A DNA stretch of 63,875 nt, the filler included, from Collodictyon triciliatum (Eukaryota), in assembly GCA_043381765.1 (NCBI GenBank). It is 7 parts of 7 records of this genome, joined end to end, with 100 filler letters (N's around TTAATTAATTAA, not from the genome) between each part and the next. Parts side by side here need not be neighbours in the genome. Positions count along the whole stretch, not along the records: positions 1 to 11,105 come from JBHJMP010002479.1; positions 11,206 to 22,311 come from JBHJMP010002480.1; 5 more parts are not named here. The stretch is one strand, 5' to 3'. Within the stretch, counting starts at the first letter, position 1, and the number at the start of each line of letters is the position of its first letter. Below are positions 1 to 11,445 of this stretch, in pieces. The position numbers were made by a program, and so were the translations under genes. The notes below the pieces were generated by a model that was not told the DNA's origin, did not search any database, and saw nothing but the letters and a program-made list of their open reading frames with translations.

Positions 1-110
1 ATTATCATTATCATTATCATTATCATTATCATTATCATTATCATTATCATTATCATTATCATTATCATTATCATTATCATTATCATTATCATTCTCATTA
101 TCATTCTCAT
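1..110. repeat. (ATTATC)n microsatellite
   Basis: Read directly from the sequence. Confidence 0.95.
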
Positions 111-192
111 TATTTTTTTTTCTGTTTTACAATCTTTTTAATATCTTTATTGTACCATTCGACTCACGCAACGCATCCGACCGACAAACCAG

Positions 193-3100
193 CCCCGTAT
201 CCCAGCCCGACTGCGGCGCTCGGCTCAAAACTGAACGAAATGTCTGTGCAAAGTCCACGCGGAGGAAATCGCCCAACTTCACCCACACAAGCTTCACCGC
301 GTGCAAAGTCCAAATTGTCCCGCTTTTTTTCAAAGTTCAAGAAGGGTTTCCGCTGGCCAAAGTCACGCAAGAAGAAGTCGGCGCAGTCGAAAGATCCACA
401 GGATGCCGGCAATGCGGACGAGAACGGTGCAGACGGGACCGATGGGTCCATGACAAACGATGAGTATGATTCCACCACGCAGCATAATTCCTCGCTGGAT
501 TCCATGGTGAACACCACTATGAATACAAGTCTCAATGGTACTATGAATGCATCACTCAATGAGTCGGCAACTGTGCGGACACAAGAGCTTGGTGAGGCTG
601 TCGAGTATTTCCATTTTCTATGTTAAAAAAAAAAGCTCTGTTGGTCGTTGATGTCTTCTTTGCACTTATCCTGTCATTTTTCCTTTTTTCCTTTTTTCCT
701 TTTTTCCTTTTTTCCTTTTTTCCTTTTTTCCTTTTTTCCTTTTTTCCTTTTTTCCTTTTTTTCCTTTTTTTCCTTTTTTTCCTTTTTTCCCTTTTTTTCC
801 TTTTTTTCCTTTTTTTCCTTTTTTTTCCTTTTTCTCTATTTTTCTTTTTTTTTTCCTTTTTCCTTTTTCCTTTTTCCTTTTTCCTTTTTCCTTTTTCCTT
901 TTTCCTTTTTCCTTTTTCCTTTTTTCCCTTTTTTCCCTTTTTTTCCCCTTTTTCCCCTTTTTTCCCTTTTTTCCCTTTTCTCCGTTTTTTCCTTTTTTCC
1001 TTTTTTCATTTTCTTCCCTTTTTTCCTTGTTCCTTTTTCTCTATTTCTTTACTTCGTTTTTAAAGAAAAATCATGAACCCAATCACCCCAACCTTCTTCC
1101 TCTGACTCTGATTCTGGTGCTTGTTTTACCTCATATACGTAGGTATTGGCACCATCACCACCACAGCTTCTGCATCAAACAGGATTATTCCTGAAAGTCC
1201 GGTCCAAGTGCGCTCTGCACCGCTTGCACCTATAGTTGCGTCCGAACTACATCAGGAATCAATCGCAAAGTACACATCTCTGATGTCTGACGATGTTGTG
1301 CAGTCGTTTTCAAAGAGTTCCAGCCGCGATTCATTGCCTGTAGAGCACATTCCCTCCTCCATGCCAGCACCGTCTGCAGCAGCCTCTGCAGTGGACTCCG
1401 CAGTCATGAAAGGCAACGATATGCTGATGTCTCCGCCACGCCTAGTCAGAACGTTTCAGTCGCAGCCTGTCCAGATGCCTTCACCGATAGCTCATCCCCA
1501 ACCCAAGGACTCAACACACAACTCTCGCAATCCTAAAAAACCAGCAAGTAATAGCGAGGCAATGGCATCTACATCTACATCTACATCTACATCTACATCT
1601 ACATCTACATCTGCATCAGCATCAGCATCTCATGTCATTCAAGTGTACGTCAATTATTTATTCAATTTATTTATTCTTTGCACCAAAATGCGTTTTTGTA
1701 TGATGTTGAACAATATATTTTTCTTGAGCAAACGATTAACGCAACATATGATCCATTTTTCCATCGCTTATTGGGCTCTTATTTGCATTTTCTTTCGAAT
1801 CAGTGCAATTCCAACCGTGGCTACGATTGGAGGTGACCAAAAGAAGGTACGGTTATAACTCTATCAAATCCTCATAACCACTAATGTTTCTTGCAGTATC
1901 CCGATTTAAAGCAAAACCAAAAGAAAAAATTACCAAAGAAATCCTTAATATTTTCGTTGCATGCCATGTGTCGTCTTTTCGTTAAGAATTAATTCATTGA
2001 TAAATAGCCAAAGCGCACCATTGATGGGTTGGGTGAGTATTAACTGTGTGATGAAGCATGGTTTATTCCCAATAATATGTCTCTCGTATCCTTTTTCCAT
2101 AGTTTCTTTTCCTGAATATCAAATATATCTATGTTTGAAAGTGCAAGACATGTCTGATGAAAATCAGGCTCTGCTCGGGCAAATGTTTGGCCACCAAGTT
2201 GTTGGCCAGCTTCAAAGCCAGTCATGGGATGAGCGTAAAGAAATACTGGACGCAGCAGAGGCATCTCTTTGGGAGCCAAGCAAAATCAAGGAGCCGGTAT
2301 TGTCTTTAATACATGAGTGTAGGCGGAATCTATTTTTATGTCTGGCAATATATCTACATAACAATTTGTTTTGATTTATTTTTTGGGCAGGTTTTGCTCT
2401 TCAAAGCAAGCACAATTTTGCTAAGCATTCTTCTACACGATAAAACACAACCTATTGTCATCGCATCCCTGAAATTTTTGGACAATCTGATCGGTTAGTC
2501 TTTTATTGAATTCCTTTATTTTTATGCTCCTATGAAATGACTGTTTTTCATCCATTTTTAGCATTTAGATTGTGCCCTGGATTGCACATTATTTATTTTT
2601 CTTGAATTATTCATTTCTTTATCTCTTAATTTATTTGTTTATTTATATTTGATTATTCTTCGCAGGTACTATTGGAGAAAAACTAGACCCCAAATTTCTT
2701 CAAGATGCATTGCGACCTCTCATGCCGCTCATCATCAGCAAATCAGGCTCAGCAAACCAGCGCATCCGTGAAGTTTCAACGATGACAGTGCAATCATTTA
2801 CAAGACACAAGGTGCCCCTAATTACCTTTCAAGATACGAAGTTATTCATTTATATATTTCATGCATCGTCATAGAGTGACATTTATAATCCTAGAATCTC
2901 GGCCCTTTCTATGTATCGCCCCATTTAGTCGAATCCTTAGAGGCCAAGATAAGCCCTATCATAATTCAAGGAAGATGTGTTCTCATTTGCACACTCTTGG
3001 ATGAATTCAAGGCGAAAATACAGCCATTTGAGGTCATTTTACATTCCTTTTCGCCCTCCGCAATCAAGTAATAAATGACGCTGTGCCACATAATTCTTCC

Positions 3101-4353
3101 GTAACTACACGATGAATTCGCACGCCCATTAAACATGAAGTATTTCACCAGTCATTCCTGGACTTTGCTCAGCCGATTCTTGAACATCCTGACTCCAAAG
3201 CTAGACAAGCTGGAATAGACGTAATTATGAAGGTTGAGTGTTCTTTACTACTTTTATACTTTTTTTTTGTTTCTAAGTTTGAACTATTTTCGAGGAGACT
3301 ATATCCACGATTTCGCGCTCCTTCCATACCAAAGAGAGAATCAAAACTTTTTTTTTTGTCAATAATTGTCATCATTGTATTTTTCTATTTATGTTCAAGT
3401 AAAATTTAATTCAAATAGTGATGTATTTGTATGTATCAGAGACATGCTGAGCCGAATCTCTTATGATGTCCCATTTTCAGATCAAAGGATTGATATCCCC
3501 GGAACAGTTCAAGCGACTTGCCATGCGATTGTCCATGTCGGCCATAAAAACGCTTCATATATCGATTGATGGTATTTGAGATACACCCTTTATTATGCTC
3601 GATACACAGCAGGAAATATACCCAACAACCATGCCATGGCGATTATGCGCATTCTTTTCATTACCTTACTGTATCTTCATCCACCCGCCCTAATTTAGGC
3701 TCGGCTCCACAGTCTACGCAACAGACTCCGTCTTCGTCACTGCCGCCGCTGAAGATGAGGAATTCGGTGGCGATGGGAGAGGAAAATGCCTTCCGAGCCA
3801 ACAAAAATAGTGTTTCTTGGGGTAGGGCACTATCATGAATTTTATGTGTTCTACACGGTTCATTATTTTTGTGTTTCTTCTTTTCTCTTCCTATTGTGCA
3901 TCACAGAATCATCGGATTCTACGTGCAATAGTGTTGAAAAATAAAACGGTGATATATTTACTTGTCATCACTATAAGTAAATCTTGTCATGGCAGCAATC
4001 AACGAAAATGCCGTGGAGGAACCGGTTTCAGCCACCCCAGATTCCAAGAAGGCAGCGTCTGTGCGCCCATCAAAAGGAAGCAGAGAACGCAGACGCGACC
4101 GAACTTCGTCACCTGCGACACCGACGGACGTGGTGATGAAGAGAAAGCAATCTGGTGCATCGCGCCCCTCATCAAAGTCCAGCACGTCCACCTTTGCTTC
4201 ATCTGCGTAATATTGACTTCCTTTTCTCCGATTATTTTTTTTTAAAAAAAAAAATTATAAGAAATAAGCAGAAATGGGTATCTTGCTCCGTTCACTAAAA
4301 GAAAAATCGATTCCTGTAGGTTTACTCAGGAGGAGGAAGAGTTCATGAATGAC

Positions 4354-4365
<12 letters not shown>
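193..4365 (+). CDS. Multi-exon TOG/HEAT-domain protein (CEP104-like TOG) with a long Ser/Pro-rich disordered N-terminal part; 5'-truncated
   Basis: Spliced exons give QMFGHQVVGQLQSQSWDERKEIL...LLHDKTQPIVIASLKFL...LIISKSGSANQRIREVS...FAQPILEHPDSKARQAGIDVIMK. This matches TOG HEAT repeats (W-x2-R, L-x-DK, N-x-R-I-R-E). The last exon reads FTQEEEEFMNDLID*. Exons around 3250-3990 are uncertain. Confidence 0.7.
677..1040. repeat. Intronic (T)nCC pyrimidine low-complexity tract
   Basis: Read directly. It lies in the first traced intron of the TOG gene. Confidence 0.9.
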
Positions 4366-4405
<40 letters not shown>

Positions 4406-4432
4406 TTGATTGATTGGTTGATTGATTGGTTG
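4354..4432. repeat. (GATT)n/(GATTGGTT)n microsatellite overlapping a stop codon
   Basis: Read directly from the sequence. Confidence 0.9.
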
Positions 4433-4909
4433 AGAATATTTTACTATGAATTATTTTTCCAATCAGGGTTTGCATCTGTTATCTCTGATTGTTGTTGCTT
4501 CGCCTTCCATTATCTCTTCGTGATTGTTTTTTGTGGTCGTTGATTGGTTTGCTTACATTCATTTCAATTTCTTGCTTTCTAATCAAATTGTCTCTTGTCA
4601 GCTGATAGCAAAAGTAAGAAAGGAGTCCAAACAAATAAAAGCGCATATTGACATTATTCTTTTCTATGTACAAAAAAGGGGATTAATTAAGTTCAATATA
4701 TAAATATATGTATTTCCATCGTCAAAAACTCTTATTTTTTAGTTGCCATGTTTCGATTGTCTTTATTAGACTTTGGCATACTTAACAAGGCCTCGACATA
4801 CTTCCATATTTTATCTCAAATCATTTCTGTCCAGATTTGCGCGTCTCGACGGCTATGATTTCCTCAATACCCCTTTCATTTTCCTTTGTGACTTTGCTTT
4901 GTTCACAAC

Positions 4910-6848
4910 TCATATTTGAACAAGTTTGTGTGGGTAGTCCGCGCCTGCCTCGACACACGCTTTGCACAAAACCTTGTCCGGACAAGTCTGCAAGGAATCA
5001 GTTACTTGACAAACGAACAAACTAATTGTTGAGAAAAGAAAAAAAGAGCCATCAGAACATACAGACACAAAAAGAGCATATGCATACCTCGCATGCAAAC
5101 TTTCCTCCTGGTGTGGTGATGACTCCGCACGAGGAGCATTTCATAAGCGGCTTCATCGCGGCAATATGATGAGCTTTGGTGGAATAAACCACACGTAGTT
5201 CTGTCACACAGATGTAAACGTGAGCAATCAATTACCTTCTTCATGAGTCTCAGGAAGAAAGAGGAAGAAAAAAAAGAGTTCAAAGGGCAAGTACTAGAAG
5301 CAAGGGGTATGTGAGAGCTCGTCTCTCTTTTTCTTTATTTTTTTCTTCTTCCGATATATGTATGTGCTTCTTGTTACCTAAGGGCATTGTGAAATCCTCT
5401 CCTCGCGATACAACGAATGTTTCGTCTTTTTCTAAATCAACTTTTTCGGTGTCTGCTGTTATTTCTACTCCGCTTTCATCAAACAGTCTTAAAAATGGAG
5501 ACTCTGCGGAACCAAACAATTCAGTGCACAGCCCCAAGAGCTGTGCAGGAGAGCAAAAGAGATTACGAAATTGCGGCACTGAGTATAATATAATAAATCC
5601 TTTAATAAAGAGGAGCCGTCATATCTAAAAAAAATTGTGTGCAACAGTTACATTTTTTTTAATATGATTCATTAACACGGCTCTTGGGCGAGTGAGAAAA
5701 AGTGGACAAGGTACACGACACTCACAAATTCTTTCACGAGTCACACACACAAGAAGAGAAAAAAGGACAGATGACTCACCTTTTCAACAGAGAGAATTCT
5801 TGGGGCAACGAAAACCTTATCCATGTCCTCAAGAAGGAATGTGTTTTGTCGCACTTTGAGGTTGCTAATCTTTTCGTGAAGCTTCCTGCGCTCCTCTATC
5901 TCTCTCTTCATCTCGTCCTTTCTAGTTTCATCGTCTTTTTTTTCTTCCTCGGATTTCTTTCTTGTATCTTTCTTTTTTCTTTGTGCTGTTTTTCTTCTTG
6001 CTTCGAAATCTAATGAGAGGCAATGATATAAACAGGGGTTGTAACAAAGGACTTTGGCGTACAATCACAAGCGTAGTGCACTGCCCCAATCATTCCAGTT
6101 GTATTTGGAACATACTGCATAGCGTCTTATGTTCCATATTTTCGCGATGACAGGGAGTCAAAAGAGAGTAAGCAAACCTTCTCTGGATGTTTTTAAGGAC
6201 TCGCCATTGGTTGCAACAAATATTGATTCTCTCTTGTAGTCTTCCCTGCAGATTTCCAGCAAGCGAAGATTTGTCTCAATTTCTTCTCCATCGATTAAAA
6301 ACAATCTCCGCAAGGGGTAGTGCAGATGCAACATCGCTTGGCATTCCTCTAAAGTCTGATAATTGAATTAGCAACCGAATCCTCGTTCCAAAATTTGAGA
6401 CAGAGCCACAGTCTTTCTGCATGATTCACTTACCCTGGTTATTGTCTTCTGTACCACCACTTTGGCAGGCTCTAGTTCGTCGAGCATTCTTGGTTCGTTT
6501 GGAATTACATTGATGATATAGTTCACAATATTTTCTCTCTTGTTTTTTCGAACCATGTAGTTGTATTTGTCTTTGAACTCAGGGTCGTCTTTGTGCGCTT
6601 CATTCACCTCGTAGTCGCCTTCATTTTCATTTTAAGCATGGTTAGCATGTCTTGTGAAAGGTTCACGGCATTCTGAGGTTATTCATCACCACAATATTGA
6701 AACATAGTGTAAAGAGTGAGAAAAGATAAAATATTAATAATACTATGCGTGGTCATCTTCGGGAATTCCGTCACTAGGTCATACGTAAAAGAATTCATCA
6801 AACCACTCTTTAGTGAAATAATTAAAATGTTTTAAGGAAGCCCAATAA

Positions 6849-6911
<63 letters not shown>

Positions 6912-9900
6912 TCTTTTAACTATGAAAGAAAATATTATCCAAGATAAAATAGGCCCACTGAATTTTTCTCCGCATGATACCACGTAGGTATTTCCATTCT
7001 CGAGTTCAAAGGGCAGATTAACTTTCTTCCCTGTGTCCAATTGGCAAAATTATTTGGGTTGCCATATGAAAAAATAATTGCAAGTAGATATTTATATATA
7101 CAAAAATAAATCGGCGTTGATGATTCCTGAAAATACGAACCGCTCATAGTAAAGAGGATTTTTGCCGACCAATTTAATCCAAGCGCAGATGTTACGGTAT
7201 CAAGAACCTGGTGTGTCATTAAGGTTTAAGCTTACTACTAAACACATCGTAAATCAACTCTGTTTTTTGATCGATTAAGTAATGAGAAAAATGAATGTTT
7301 CATCCACCATGTTTGTGAGCTTTTTCTTTTGGGTTTCGTTGGTTGCTGATGGGCTATGGGTTCCATTTTGTGGTATCTGGATGTAGCGTGTAATTAAGAG
7401 CTTTATGTATAAAGTCTTCTTTCTTTTTAAAAAAAATGAAGAAAAAAAAAAGACATTTGAAAAGTGTTTACATGGAAGATATGCAGAAAGACAATCGCCT
7501 CACCCCAGGTATGATGACGGAGACAGGGCTGCCTTTTTCCGTTAATTTACCATTTCGCTTGACAAATATAATAATCGAGCCATGTAATTCAGTGCCTCGA
7601 TTTTCGATAAAAGCCTCGGCATATTTAAGTCTATCTACATTCATATAGTGGCAAATTGAATACTGTTATAAAAAAGGTATTATGAGATGAGTAAAGCTAT
7701 GCAAATTTAAGAAGGACTTGGTGGCAATCGTGCATAGTGCGAATGATTATTGCTGGTCTCTTGACATTACCCTTTTCATCCCATTTTGAGGCACTCCATG
7801 AATCAACAAACAGTGTCATCCCATCCACTATATCATCAAAAGAATTGACTGGATTGCCGTCATTGTCAAACAGCCTCTGGATTGGTCGTGTGGAAGACAA
7901 AAGACTTCCGACTTCGATGAGGAACTATGATTTTTCGTTATTTTTTGCATTGCTCAGCATAAGGTTTGTGACAGAAATGATTTTGTGTAAACTCATTAAT
8001 ACAACATAAGTTGTAGTTTGATGAGAACCTGCGCCCAGAGCCTTGGCTTGATATCCTCATTGGTTGGTGACTGAGCAAGAGCATTTATTTGCCTGACAGA
8101 ATATCGAATGGGCTCAATTTGCTTTCCACTGCCTCTTTTTGTCAAGTAAATCACCGGTGGAGCAAACGCAGCCGGCTCGATTCTGAATTCATGTACAGAG
8201 TACTTTGTATTTACTAATCCTGCTAAGGTTATACATTTTGTGTATAGAAGTTCATGTAAAACTATATTAGGAAGACAAACCTGAAAGGTTTCAGAGGAAG
8301 CATCATAGGTTTTAGCAGACGCAGTAAATTGGCATCTATAAAATATAAATATTCTCTTTAAAAAGCATCCTAGAATGTTTCTCTGGTGATATGAGGGGAA
8401 ATCGATAGACAATCTTGCAAAAAAAAAAAAAAAACTATTGCTGTTGATTATGGTTTCATTTTCTAAGGTCACTTTTGTTCGATTCTGGTGAGCGTTGGCT
8501 GAGTCCGAATGGGTTGGGTGCTAAAGTTGATTTACAATTACTATCCATTTTTAACTATTTATTAGAACTTGGCATAGAACGATTAAAAGTGAGATTACGC
8601 CTCATAATGGGGCTGCTTGTCTGCAGAACGACTATACTCATATTATCTTCAATTTGGTCAAGATTTGTTATCTGCTCCCAGTTTCCTGTGAATACTGACT
8701 TTGCATTCGACGTCAACCGTAATGCACTGGTGAGACTTGACATGAACTGAAATAGATTAATCTCTGTCATTCACCAGCGAAAGAGCATATATTGGCTCCA
8801 TATACGTGGATGACTATGGTTTCTTGTGTGATAGTGCGTTTGGATATGGTTCTGAATCACACTGTATAAAGTAAACTAACTTGGTCCCAATTTCTTGCTA
8901 CCTCCACGCGAACACATTCACCATTTGAAATGTCTTGACCTTTCGAGGCGAAGACAAACCTGGGCAGATCCAAATAGTATCTCCGAATAACGCCTATTTG
9001 GTTTGCTTTGGCTTTTATTCCTTCTATTTCAAGACAGGAATTTATGTTAGGAAATTTGTGAGATACCTCCAACATATGATGCTTTTTGAAGTGCAATCGA
9101 TGTTAATCACACATTCTGCCAAAAATGTATATATATGTATTTTAGTCTATCCTCCTAAAAAAAAAAAAAAAGAATACAAAAAAGAAGAAGACATCTCAAC
9201 CTTTCCCATTATCGTGTGCGCTGTCAGACGCAAAAAGCCTTCGGAATTTGAGCAGAAAAGGTTGCGATATGCCGATGTTTTTATCTATTGTCACGCACTG
9301 GACAGAAGTTTTACCCTTGGACAAGGCCAGGTAAAGGTGCTTCGCTCCGCTATCTGTGATAAAGTTAGAATCCAGTTCAATATCCTGGAGCGAAGTCGAC
9401 CGACCAAGGACCTCAGCAAGCACTTGTGCAGCCGAATTACAAAGGTGTGTTTCAGCTAACAACAGAATCTGCAAGGATGAATTTTGAGGAAGGATTTTGG
9501 CGATGTGTCGTAAGCCAGCAAGCTTGATTGGATTTCGACGCAGGGAGAGCAGTTGCAGATTTCTGTTCTGCACTAAAGAAAGTGATAGTTCCATACAGCC
9601 CCTTTCATCAATGCAGTTGTTTTCGAGCCAAAGTTGTTCGAGCCCAGGGTCAGTATATATCCACTTGGATATATATCGAATGTGTGTTGCCGACAAAACG
9701 CTGTCCATGATGGACAGTATCCGAAGGCCAGTAACGCTCGAAAAAGATTTCACCATGTCCTTCATGTCTCGGTCAGTAGGTGTCCAGTGTCTGAGACGAA
9801 GTAATGACAGATTGGAACATTTTGGAATAGATGCGACAAGGTTTTGCAGAATATTTGGGTTCATGTCCTTCATCGATGCATCCAGTGATTGAGATACATT

Positions 9901-10776
9901 CCCTGCAAGATTCTCCAAAATCTGTCGCGCGGAGAGACACGAAAAAGATTTTAAGTGTTTGTGAAGCGAGTAGTATGATACGAATAAACAAGTATAGCAT
10001 CTCCATCAAATGAGGATTTTGCCAATATTTCACATTATCAAGGTGGATATAGTTCATTTTACGTAGGCCCAGCGAGGGTTTTCCTTGGATGTGGTGTCTT
10101 CATCAAATTGCGATGCCTTTTTATTCTCTTGAATTATGTAAAAGAAAAATGGATATAATTGTTTGTCAGGTTCATCACAAAATGCATGGATTTTAGTTTG
10201 GATTATTTCATGAGTAAATACTGGATTATTTAACGCCCTGAAAAGTTGTAGCCCTGCCTGTTTCGGATCCTGTCATTCTTGTCGCTGTCGAGTCATTATG
10301 GCCCATGTCACTGGATTCCTTGGTTTGTGAACGAGCATCAGTGCTTCTTGACAATGGCGCTGCATGAATACAAGATGATCTCCATATGGTGAGAACAAGA
10401 AGAAAAACAAGAAAAAAAACTATACACCTACAAGAGTGAAGTATGGTATAGTATGTATGCGAGGATTTGGCAAAATCGTTAAAAAAAAAAAAAACACTAC
10501 ACATCGCGGCTTTGTGTTTTGTTTTCAACATTAAAATCAGGTTGAACCTGAAGATGGCCGTGTCGGATTGCCCTCGTTTGCTCTTTTCTGGTGTGGTGAT
10601 TCGACCTTCAGCGAAAAGACGGTGCTGATGAAACTGCTGCGTGCCTCTGGGGTCTTATACAAGCCCTCTGCGCCCATGCGGGACAAATGAGCAAAGACAG
10701 TAAGATTCCTGCTCTCGTACGAAATGTCCATCGGCGTCTTTCCACGTGCATCGATTGTGTTCATTGGTGCTTTGCG
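4910..10776 (-). CDS. Multi-exon protein: ankyrin repeat, RNI-like LRRs, about 5 doublecortin (DCX)-like domains, coiled coil, C-terminal ZZ-type zinc finger; 5'-truncated
   Basis: Ankyrin: NTIDARGKTPMDISY (10537-10776). LRR: LEQLWLENNCIDERG, LQLLSLRRNPIKLAG, LQDIELDSNFITDSGA (9196-9918). DCX-like: KSVFTGNWEQITNLDQIED, IQRLFDNDGNPVNSFDDIVDG, KILFTMSG..YVVSCGEKF, LRRLFLIDGEEI, LRLFDESGVEI..FVVSRGEDF. The last two exons give CSSC..CETCPDKVLCKAC..HKL. Confidence 0.75.
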
Positions 10777-10939
10777 CTAGACAGGTTGTTAATCAATGAC
10801 AAAGTTTCAGCAAAGAAAGTCTCTACATGAAAATATTGCCAGATCCATTCAAACCCTCGGTAACACCGAAGGCATTGAAAAATACCAAAGAGTATTAGAA
10901 AACATTGAAGCTTTTAAAAGATTATAAACATTAGAAAGA

Positions 10940-11105
10940 ATTCAGAAATAATCAAAGAGAATCAGAAAGAATCAGAAAGAATCAGAGATAATCAAAGAGA
11001 TTCAGAAAGAATCAGAAAGAATCAGAAAGAATCAGAAAGAATCAGAAAGAATCAGAAAGAATCAGAAAGAATCAGAAAGAATCAGAAAGAATCAGAAAGA
11101 ATCAG
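10940..11105. repeat. (AATCAGAAAG)n 10-mer tandem repeat at a scaffold end
   Basis: Read directly from the sequence. Confidence 0.9.
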
Positions 11106-11205
11106 NNNNNNNNNNNNNNNNNNNNNNNNNNNNNNNNNNNNNNNNNNNNTTAATTAATTAANNNNNNNNNNNNNNNNNNNNNNNNNNNNNNNNNNNNNNN
11201 NNNNN
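11106..11205. other. Artificial scaffold linker N44-TTAATTAATTAA-N44
   Basis: Exactly 100 nt. The 12-mer has stop codons in all six frames. Confidence 0.97.
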
Positions 11206-11303
11206 AAGAAAACAAAAGAAAACAAAAGAAAACAAAAGAAAACAAAAGAAAACAAAAGAAAACAAAAGAAAACAAAAGAAAACAAAAGAAAACAAAAGAA
11301 AAC
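11206..11303. repeat. (AAGAAAACAA)n 10-mer tandem repeat at a scaffold start
   Basis: Read directly from the sequence. Confidence 0.9.
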
Positions 11304-11445
11304 CCAAGAAATACGCACGCTTTTGATTACTTCTTAAAGATAGTAAGCTCCACAGCTCCGACTGAAAATTCATGTATCATTTCCTTTTCATACGTTGATA
11401 TTGATGACGGGATTTTCTTTTTCTCTCCAATTAATGCAAAAATAG

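Noticed and set aside
620-1076. Long Phe-rich ORFs, and similar poly-F/K/N/I/Y ORFs at 14.1, 29.1, 33.6, 46.4 and 57.2 kb
   Set aside because: They are translations of intronic or intergenic microsatellites, homopolymers and N gaps.
11150-11161. Palindromic TTAATTAATTAA recurring about every 11.2 kb as a possible biological motif
   Set aside because: It always sits inside exactly 44 N on each side, which marks it as a six-frame-stop assembly linker.
10940-11303. Tandem repeats as a CRISPR array or telomere
   Set aside because: They have no spacers and no G-rich telomeric unit. Each scaffold end has a different simple repeat.
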